Source of the DNA: Anthoceros angustus
Taxonomy: Eukaryota > Plantae > Anthocerotophyta
Length of the DNA: 64,000 bases
Direction: 5' to 3'
NCBI GenBank assembly: GCA_010909165.1
Contig: MU008227.1
Span: 1-64,000, forward strand
Shown here: positions 35,592-46,000 of the stretch, piece after piece
Position numbering within the stretch: position 1 is the stretch's first letter
Layout: each line of letters begins with the position of its first letter
Program-made: the position numbers and the translations under genes
Notes under the pieces: model-generated
Databases searched by the model: none
What the model saw: only the letters and a program-made list of their open reading frames with translations
What the model was told of the DNA's origin: nothing

Positions 35592-38500
35592 TGTCGCGTC
35601 TTCTTGGCCAGTCAGTCGGTAGCGCCCAATCCGTGTCGTTGTAGTAGGAGGTCCGTTCCCAAGAGAATGATAGGCTCCGTTGGCCCCGTTTTGTCGTTTC
35701 TCACCTCACGTAGTACGTTTCGGACTCCACACACACATTCATCGTTTCGACCTTCTCGTAGCGTTCACCAGACGGGCCAGGCGTGGCCAAACGTTTAAGG
35801 ACCCGTTCGCGTCCGTATCATTCAAGTTTGTCACTCGTCCCTCTGGTCCGTTCCTCTCACCATTCACACTTCACTCATTATCCTTGGAGAAAATCGCGGG
35901 TGGCTGCGCGGTCCGGACCTCCTCCGTCGCTCTGCCAGGCCTCTCCGTCCGGGCTCTACACGCCCTCCGAAGTTCCTCTGGCTCACGCGTTCCGGTCCGT
36001 CCGACGCTGGGTCGCTGCTCGAGATGAGCAAGGGTCCCGGGTCGCCCTTCCCTGCACACACCACCACACGTTAGGGTCCGTCACCAGGACCTTGATCGAT
36101 CTCTCGGGCGCCGGGCACCTTTCGATGACTCGGGACTCACGCTGAAGGCACACAAGGGCTGCAAGAGCAGCGGCATCAACACCAAGAAAGATGCTTTACT
36201 TTGCAAGCGGCCTTAGCCCTCTTATACTACGCCCAAGGTCGGCGTCTTTATTACCTATTACGGTGATGGCCCCTCGGTCGCCTGTCGGCCGCCTACTATT
36301 TCCCTTATTCCACCTATCTCGCCGTCGGTGGTGGGTGCAGGGTTGCCCAGTTCGCCTTGGCTGGCGTAGCCCTAGCCACGACAAGCTGCGGCGCGCAATC
36401 GGATGATCCGCGGCCCTACCTCTCCCGAGACTACTGTTAGGCTGCGCTACCGGCGGCGGCCTGACAACGGCGGTCACCACTAAATCCTCCTCCCCCTCCT
36501 CTCTTATCTGTTGGCGGGCCACGGTTCGTGGGCCCTCAGAAGATGGATTACATTTGGTGATTGGTGGCCCCTCCGCTCCACAGTCGAACGAGGTCCAGTC
36601 TCGACTCCGGAGTTCGGACCTCTAGGTCCGGTCTTCTCTTCAGGGTCCGGACCTCAGGATCCGGTCTTCTTTCTGGAGTCCGGACCTCGGGGTGGACTCG
36701 CCTCTGAGGTCGATCTTGGGCCTTCCCCCAGGTCAGGACCTCGGGGTCGGTCTAAATCACTAAGTCTGGACCTCTGAGTCGGACTTTCTTCGAGGCGGAC
36801 CTCGGTCGGCCTTTCTTCAGTCAGGACAAAGTCCGGACTCCACGGCTACGTTTCCCCCTCATTTGGACTTCTCAATGGTTCTGCCCAGGTCCTCCCATGT
36901 TCCCGGTTGCCCGGAGCCGCCCCTTCTACGGCCCCCCCAGGGCCCTCCTCCCCTCCTTCCGTGGTGAGGTGCGGAGTGCTTACCTCAGGCGCAGCGGCCT
37001 TCCCTACGTCCTGCTCCTCCAGCTGCTCCCCCTCGCCGCTGCTGCTGTCGTCGTCAAACAGCGCTCCTAAGGTCCCCGTGGCCGTGCTATCTCCGGGGCC
37101 CTCCTCCCTCGCTCCTCCTTCTGACCCATCTGGAAATCCGTCCACCTGCCGTGGGTGGCGCGACACCTCCAGTGCCTTGAGAAGCTCAGCGGCTGGTCGC
37201 CGCTTCCTTCTCCGAGGCGGGCGGTATCTCCATGCCCGACTCTGGCTTCCTCCAGGCTCCTTCTTGACTGGCGTCCAACTCCTTGGATCGCGCCTATTCT
37301 CCTCCGTCTTGATGAGGCGCTCTATCTCTGCTTTCGAAGTCTTGGATTCTCCCGTTGAGAATCCCGTGTTATGCTCCAGCGTCTTGGAGTTGCGGCTCGG
37401 TGTCCTTCTTTGCCTTCCGGCTCTGCCCGCTCCTCACTTCCCTGCTTTTGAGTCCCCTATTTTGGTGCTGGCCTCCATCTCTTCCTCAGCGGCTCGCCGC
37501 ACTTTTGCTCAGCGCCACTGTTGGCCGTTGGCAGCTGCCGTCGTCTCTCTCCACGGATTCGAATCGTCGGTAGTGATCGATGCGACGCCAGCGCGGCTAC
37601 CTCCGCGCGCCTTCACTGACCTCGCCCGGCTTGGTGTTGGTCTAGCCGAACCGCCTCGGCCGGTCAGCGGGCGTTCTCGCCGCCTGACCCTCCTCCGCCT
37701 CCTTGGCATACGCCCTCCCGTTGGAGGTCTTGAGTGCTTGGGCCTCCTGCGCCCAGTGCCGTTGGAGGTTCTTGGTCGGTCTTCTTTGGACCGTGGGACC
37801 TCTCACTCCGGCGTTTTTCCCTCCTCGATTCGGCGAGGATTCCTTCTTCTTAGCATCACATTTGCCTCCACGCTCGGAGGAGCACCATGCGCCTTCTTGT
37901 GGCCTCCACCTCCACAGGTCTTCTCAGTAGTCCCATAAAGACCCCAAAGCATCACCAGATCCATATTGTAAAGCCAGGCTGCCCAGCGTTCCTCCACAGC
38001 TACGGCGGAGATGCCAGTCGGCTAGGCACGGGCATCTCGGTCCGTTAAGGACCGCCATCTACTGATCCGGGAGGCGAGTTGATTTGGGCTCTCCGGACCT
38101 AATCAAGACCCTTAGGTCACGAGTGCTGAGTCAGGAGCCTCACCTTCCTTGGCCCTCTTGGCGCTAACTCCTCTCCTCAGCCCTTTTCCTCCACAGGGCT
38201 CGAGGTAGTGATGAAGGGTTCGGGGGCTGGCCCTTTGCCTCTCCCGGTGGAGGCAGGGGCCAGCGAGCTCGGTGGGGCTGCGGCCGGTGGCCTCCGCTCC
38301 TTGGGCGGCGTCCCTTTCCGCCGCCTTCTGCCTCCTCACTTCTTGCCACTCCGTTGGCGGAGGCAAGAACACAGGCGCCGTCCAGGTCTTTGCGTTGGCG
38401 GCCGTCTTCACTTCGCCGGTTCTGCAGGGTCCGGGGCTCAAGCGTTGTTGTTGTGGTTGGCTCTTTGCGGGCTGGAGGCCTAACTCCGATCTGTGGCCGC

Positions 38501-40035
38501 CTCTTCCTGCGCCCATTTGCTCGGTGGGGCACCGGAGAGGAAAGCGAGATGTCCTCCACACACTTCCCTAGGTGGCGGCGAGTCGCTCGGGCGTATGGAG
38601 TGAATCCCCTCAGTCGTCCTCCTCCGGACCCTCTTACTCCGGTGGGCCAGGCCTCCGCCTCCTGCGCTCTTCCACGCCTCCCGGTAGGCGGCGGCCCCTT
38701 CAGTGCTGGGTTCCTCTTCACTCTCGCCGGGAGGTTCGCGTGCCCCACGCGGGTAAAATAAGCGATAGCCGTGAGTGGCTTCTTCGCACCTCGACTTCGA
38801 GCTTCTGATTGACCAGGCGGGAATTATCTTGCACGGTCGGTAGCGTTTACGCCATGGAGTCGTGGAGGAACGCTAGATTATCCCCAAAAGGTGGTCCACC
38901 TTGGTGAGCATATTCAGGTGGGCGATAATGCCGCCCAGGCGTGCCCTCATCCAAGAGGTCGACGCCAGCCATCCGTTGGAGGACAGCTGCGTTCTGGTGC
39001 AAAGGCATGCAGCGGCTTCCACCTTCCCCTTCACCTTGAGGGTTATTTTCTCCTCCTACTTCTCCTGGCGGTAAACCACCCTCGGGACCTCCACAGTCCA
39101 CCTCACAAGGTCCTCCAGCGAGTTCTTGGATCGGACCTCCTTGTTGGCCCGTTCCCAGCTCTTTCAGGCGTACTCCGGACTGGGTAGGAGCAGCCTTCGA
39201 AGGTTCGAGCGGCTGGAAAATGTCAGTGCCACTCCTCCACCCGGCTCCTCCGCCTCCTCCGGCCACGGCCCGAAGTCGGGTGGCGGCGACAATGTTGCGC
39301 TCCACCAGCGCCATGGCTTCTCCCACGCCTCCGCGCTTTCTTGGGTCCCATCTTCACACTCCTTACCTTGTTCCAGCTGACAGGAGGCTCACAATCTCTC
39401 ACTCCTTGGTGCGCGGCGTGGGTTGCCCTCGCCAAAGTGAACCGCGGAAGGGTGCACAGCGATCAAAAGACAACGCCCGAAGCCGGGTGTCACGGCGAGA
39501 GAATCTGCAATCGCCCGGCGAAGTTGTTTGGAAGAATGACCTCGCCTACGCTTCTCTCCGTCGGAAATGCTTGGTCGCGGAAGGGCTCTTATTGTTGTCA
39601 TCAAGCTGTCGAGCGGCTTACTCTGCGCCTGCAGCCACTTCCGCTTACTCGGCCTTCTGTTGCCGCGGTGCGGAGCATGAATACACGCTGCTGACCCTTG
39701 GCAATGCTACGATCACAGTGGTGCTGCATGCCGTCTACCGCTACCTACCATCCGTGGCGCCGCCACTCTAACTCCGCTCCAACTTCTAAGTTACTTTTCT
39801 TGGCGTGCCCATCCGTTTTGGCCGGGGTAGAGTCGGGACTTATCGATACTCGGTGCATGGTCGGAGGTCCTCGAAGTGGGCTCGGTCCAGTTACCACACG
39901 GTCCAGATGCGATCCGAAATGCGGTCGAGATCTGAGTCCGTTGCTTATTCCTCCCTCTCCGCCTTATTTTACTCCATACCTCTGAAAAAACAAACCCGAC
40001 TTATTCCTAACCCCAAGGGACTCGTTGTCCACACA
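35592..40035 (-). mobile_element. Gypsy G 3' terminal repeat (~4.4 kb): spacer, ORF X, TCCGGA repeats, internal PPT and ~890-bp distal block
   Basis: Begins TGTGTGG at 40035, two bases after the purine tract GATGAGAATGGGAG that follows the integrase stop, and ends GACGCGACA at 35592. Confidence 0.75.
36850..39351 (-). pseudogene. ORF X: accessory ORF of Gypsy G/J (MGPKKA...PDFGPWPEEA..., coiled-coil C-terminus)
   Basis: ATGGGACCCAAG at 39351; colinear with 52456-55140, 56930-58900 and 62820-61830; frameshifted in every copy. Confidence 0.7.
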
Positions 40036-40079
40036 TACTCCCATTCTCATCATTTGGCGTCTCCGCCAGCACTAGGCAT

Positions 40080-43000
40080 AATCTTCTTCACTACACGTTT
40101 GACGGGTGGGCAGCGATTCACCATCTAGTTGCGGTGAGCGGACCCATTCGCGTAGACACACTACTGGTAAGGCCCCATCCGCCATATGAAGTGAAGCTTT
40201 GCGGGAAGTGCATATGGCGATAAGTAAAGAAGGGCGGATCTCCTCCTTCACATACTCACCTTGCAGTCGGCCGGTCGTGCCATAGCGGCGATTTTGTACG
40301 ATTGCATTACATGCTGCGCCTCTTCTCGACCTTGGTATGCTGGACAAACCCTTGCACCGGATTTACCTTCTCCGCGTCCTGGCCCGCGGGGATGGTAACT
40401 TGAAGTATCCGATCGTGCGCATAGTTAGCTTATTGAGGATGCGTGAGATAAGTCCGTTGGTCTTCTCCGTTAACCCATTGGCCTTGGTTGTATGGCCGTC
40501 TTGCGATGAGTTATGCAGTAGTTAAGTCATTAGGTTATCATCATTGAGGAAATGGTTCCCCTATAAACACCCTGCAGCGGGCACCGTGCGGCGTGATGAT
40601 GTTGTTTACTTTATATCATGCATTCAGCCTAAGACATAGGCTAGAAAGCATAACACAGAGGTATGTATTAATGAGCGGAGAATATCTTAAATACAAAATT
40701 GATGTGTCTCTTGAGTTCGTATCTAACCTCTAGTATAGAAACTAAGGTATAAACTATGTTAGGGTTTCATTCCTAACACTCCCACTAAACCAACATGGTT
40801 TATACAACCATAGGTTTGAACTTACAATCATTGTATACAATTCATGACTACTCTCAATGGCGTTACGTACTCGGATACACCGCATGGAGCTCACGTCTTC
40901 CTTGTATCTTGCTGGATATATTCAGCATTGATTACGCGCACAAACCTAAAGATGAAGACACGCCTGGAGCTTCACGTGCCCCTGCTGAGTCCTCGACACA
41001 CCAACATGAAGAGAGCTAGCAGCCTGGGAGTGGGGCACGCGGACGGTGCGACACGCCGAGCAAATCGCAAGTAGCACCGCAGGCGCCCTCCCGATTCGTG
41101 GCGCCCTCCGGAAGGGCTCCACAATTTTAATTGAGCTGGAATCCTCGAGTCAACCCGACATGACCAACATAGACACGCCGACAACACCACCGACGGCGAC
41201 TCGGCGTGGAGCTTCCCTCATCATCAAGCGGAGGAAGAGCTCCCACTGCACTTATGCTAGAACGGCAAGTTCTGCCATGGCAACCCCGGATGAAATGGAA
41301 GCTCTGGTAGAGAGGAGGTGGCCCGGCAGACAGTAGAAGAGGAAATGAACAAAGCTGCGCCGGACGAAGCCTTCGACGCATAGGGATCAGCAGCGGAGCG
41401 GTGAAGCGTGTGTGTGCATCGTAGTCATGCCCCTCTGGGAAAAGCATATAAGGTGGGTTTTCTACCTAATCCTGTTGCATTCCATGTCCGCGTTTTGATT
41501 TCAAGCTAAAGCTTCATCCTCCGAGACATGCATCGACACCACTAATCTAAGACTGACCTTCCCTTGCGGACTATGAGCCAGGCCATTCCTCATCGTAATA
41601 GTGGCGGTGGCCACTAAGGTGCACACCCTATGTGTGAATAGCAGCGATCTCTGTTTTAGCCATAGACACTGAGATAGTCGGTTGCTTTCTTAGAGTAGGG
41701 CGCTTGAGACCTAAAGGCAGCCATGTGCTGAAAATGTTTGGCCTTTGGGAGCCCTTTAGTAAATATGTCTGTTGCGGTGAGTGCTTATGTATTGCACCTT
41801 GATAGCTCCTCGTTACGCTTTCGTCCCTAATATAGTGATGGTACAATTCTATATGCTTAGTAATGCGTGGAACACAGGATTAGAAACAAGGGCTATAGCA
41901 CTCATGTTGTCACAAAGGTCTTGTGATAGGGCCTTCCGAGTTTGGTTTCTTGACTCGAGGCTATCGTTGCCATTCGGTCTCATGCGAGGCATCTGTAGAG
42001 CTTTGTACTCCGCCTCGATTGAGGACGAGCAAGTGAAATGCCTTCTTCTGACTCCGGTGGCAGACCACGAGGGCGGCAAGAAACAATATGCCCGGGACTC
42101 CCGAGTGTCGGCCGACCGATCGGCATCGGCAGAGATAAGTGTCAATGTACTCCCACTAGATGTATATTGTAGGCCATAGGAGATAGTTCCTCGGAGATAT
42201 CTATATATCGTTTAACGGCTGCCCAATGCAACCGTCCAGTTGTTTGAGGAATTGGGAAGCGCTTTAAGCGATATCGGCCTCGTCCAATTTGCTAGAAAAA
42301 TCAAGCAACCCACCAGTAAGGCACAAGACTCATATCGAGATCTCTTGGGACTCGGTGGTGACATGTCATGTGTCAACTTCTCCCCCACAGCTGATGGTGT
42401 GGCCACAGGACGAGCCGCATCCAAATTAAACCGCTTCAGGATTTCCTTAAGGTACTTAGTGCAGTGTAAATGTAATCGCTTTGTTTCTAAGAATCAATTC
42501 CTAGGCGGTGTAGTTCACCACAGTCCGTCATTTCGAACTCCTGCCGTAACATGTCTTTAACTCTGTCCATCTGGCCTAGGTCATTACTAAGAAGGACACG
42601 ATCATCCACATATAAGGCCAAGATGACAAAAGCACAGCTGAGATAAAATACATTGGTATCCGGGACTTTGAAGAAAACCCATTACATAGTATTTCATAAT
42701 ACGTTTATACGTGCCCGAGGGCTCTGTTTCACCGTAAATTGTCTTGAGGAGTTCTATGACTTTCTTAGCAGCCTTCTATGAACCCTTGGTTGCGGCATGT
42801 ACAAAGTTTCCTCGAGTTCACCGTGGAGGAATCGCACACATCCATCTGGTGCACTTCCAAGTTGTACTCTGCGGCCATTGCAAGCAAAATTGAATGGACG
42901 GGCTTAACCTTTGGGAAAACGTCTCACCATAGTCTATACTGTGGATCGACTAAACCCCTGCAACTAACCACGGATTTATAGCGTGCAATTGTTCCGTCAG

Positions 43001-46000
43001 TTCAACTTGGTCTTGAAGACCCACTTACAACTAATGGGCTTTCTTCCTGCTGGTAAGTCAACAAGCTCCCATGTATTGTTTTTAATGACGTATACTCGTC
43101 ATCTATGGATTTCCATGATGTTCCCCATCGGGCCATTCAGAGCCTCAGGTAAGTCGAGGATCCGGTCTAACATCGGGTACATAAAGATGCAAGCGTTTGC
43201 AGTCTGCGAAATCCCGAGCTTGATAAGGTGGTTCCAGCCAATTTTCCCTTGTTAAATGCTTCACGAGTTGGGTACCTAGTCTCGGTGAACTTCATCTAGA
43301 TGATTGTCTCGTGCGGGATCACCAACATGGAAATCAACATGAAAACACATCATCGAGAACCTTGCATGGACAGCTCATCATCATCCATCGTGAGGTACAT
43401 CCTCAAAGATCCGTCAATCGATCCAAGTCATCTTGACAGAGTAGGAGCGGCAGGCAAGGTATCCGGCAAATCCTCGATCTGCTCGACTTCATTTATGTTG
43501 CCATTAGCATACGGCTCGATCAGGCGTCTCGTGATCTGTCATCGTGGGTGGATCTCCATCGTCTGAGGATATGTGTAAGGAGATATGGAGAAGGATCTTC
43601 TTTGAGGGAAGGTGAAAGAAATGGATCAACAGTGGTTTAGGAGACAACTCTTTGAAAGTATAGGCTGCGTGATAAGGTAATCTTGGATGTTTGAGGGTCA
43701 TATAACTTGTAGGCTTTAGACTCCTCGAATACCCCGAAAGATCAAGGGTTTTGACCTATCATCTAACTTCCCTCTTTTGGCTTCTTGAGGATATAGGCAA
43801 AAGTGGAACCAAAACACGAAGATGAAGAAGACTAGGTTTCCTGCCCCAAAAGCCTTCATAGGGTGTCCGTCCTGGAAGAGCTGAAGTGACCACTTGATTA
43901 AGGATGTATGTGGCCGTCTGTGACCTCGCCAATTCTTTTGTGATGAGGCCCAGGAAAGCATGCTCCTGGTCATCCCCATCAGCGTTTGATTCTTGCGTTC
44001 AGCAACTCCGTTCTGCTGCTGGGTATAAACAGCACAATGTCGAATGATACCAAAAGCTGGAACAGTGATCAAACTTATAACGTGAATTCTCCCGTTATAC
44101 TAAACTTAACTAATTTTCTGTTTGACGTTGAACCATTGGAATCCAGAAGCAATGGTCTCAAAGACGTCACTTTTAAGCTTAAAGGAAATGTCCAAGTGTA
44201 ACGGGAAAAATCATCTGTGAGAGAGAGATAGTATTCTCCCCAAGAGACTTAAGGAAGTTTTCCATGATATCGCATGAATGAGCTCTAAGGCTGAGTGGCC
44301 CTTGTACTTATTAAAGGGTAGCTCTTTTGGCTTAGATAAGACACATGAGCTACGTCAAGATGTTTGAAACATGTAGGAAGTTGTTCTGTATGTGACGCAG
44401 CGACATTAGATCTAGCTTAGTTTTGTTAACATGACCTAAACGTGCGTGCCAGAGATTAGCCTGCAACTTATAAGCAGCAACTAGTGCCCTGACCTTAGAC
44501 TTGTGGACAGTAACCAACTGATACAAGTCATTAGTAAGAACAGCTTTAGCAACTAATACATCAGGACAGGACTGCCTATATATATAGCACTTCCTGTGCT
44601 CAAACTTAAAGCCATACTGCTGACTCTGGACAAGAGCTCTAATGGACAGCAGATTCTTGCTCATCTCAGGTACAAACAGAACGTCAACTAGATGCAAGGC
44701 TGCGCCACCAAAGCAGTATGTCCGAACTGTCCCTTTTACCTCCACGCCTCGAGCATCACCCACATACACATTGAGGTGGCTATGCGTTGGAGAACAGTCA
44801 CGGTTGTTGCGGATATGCATCCACAATCCAGAGGATGTCATTCTTTATAAGAGGCGTGAGGCAAAGCTGAGGACAAGATACTCCCACTCTTGTGTTGAGA
44901 ACCCGCATACATTCCTTAGAAGTTACATTAGCTTTGGCTTTGGAACTTTTGGGCTCCCCCTGTTTCTTCTTCCGACAGTCCCTTTCCCAGTGACCCGGAA
45001 TTCCACACCAGTTGCAGTTGCCCTGGCGTTTGGTGGCTCCTCCAGTCAAGGTATGTTTATTCTGGACACCACTGCTGTTATGTTTCTCCTTTTTCTTATC
45101 CTCCCCCTTCCAAGGTCCTTTGCCCTTAGCAGCAAATAGGACCTTGTCACCACGTAGGCGACCTCCAGAAATTGTCTTACGACTCTGTTCTTCTTGAAGG
45201 AGAGCACCAACAACTTCATTGAAGTTAATGGTGGATGATCTACCAGCTCTGGATATGAGTCCCTAAGAGATGCATTGCTGGACACAACGTCGATATGAGG
45301 CAGGAGGTGGCAATGAGCTGGCGTCATGTCCACCTCCGAGATTTTGCTATTGAGCCCAAGCTGTGCTCTAAGATAGCGCAACTTGGACACATGTGCTCCC
45401 AGATTCTCCATCCTTCGACGCAAAGCATGGAAAGCATTCGCGACTACCAAATAGTATAAAGTGCGTGTCGACTAAACATTTCCATGCTTTCTTCTTGTTA
45501 AGAAACTCCACCTCGATAGCGGTGGTTTCATCCGATCGCGGGATCGCAAAGGCGATCTTGTTGCCCTTCTTCCACTTGTCTATGACATCCGGCGGGTTGT
45601 TGTTCACCGGCAGAACAATGGAAGGATTCGGAGAGAACCATCAGCATACTCCCACACGTCGCGGCGTTGAGGTGTGCCTTCATGCGAGCTCTCCAACTTT
45701 CAAATCGGACCTGTGTCCCGTCAAATCTATCCTTTTCTTTGAACTCACCTGAGTAGGATGAGCCCAGAGATGTTGTAACAGGAGCAGATGTAGACATTTC
45801 GACTGTGGAGATAATGGGCGAGGGGTACGAGTGCGAATAAATAGCCAAAAGAATGGCTCAGAATCTGAATCACTATCTGAATCAAATATGGACATAAACT
45901 ACAAGTAAGTTATGTGTTACGTGTTGACATGTGAATTAAGCTAACAGGGACTGCAGAGGTGTGGACTAGGGAAGAAGCACGTGAGAGAGGGAAGGTGATC

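Noticed and set aside
36907-37938. 343-aa plus-strand ORF and similar Ser/Pro/Leu-rich ORFs elsewhere
   Set aside because: Antisense shadows of ORF X, ORF A or gag.
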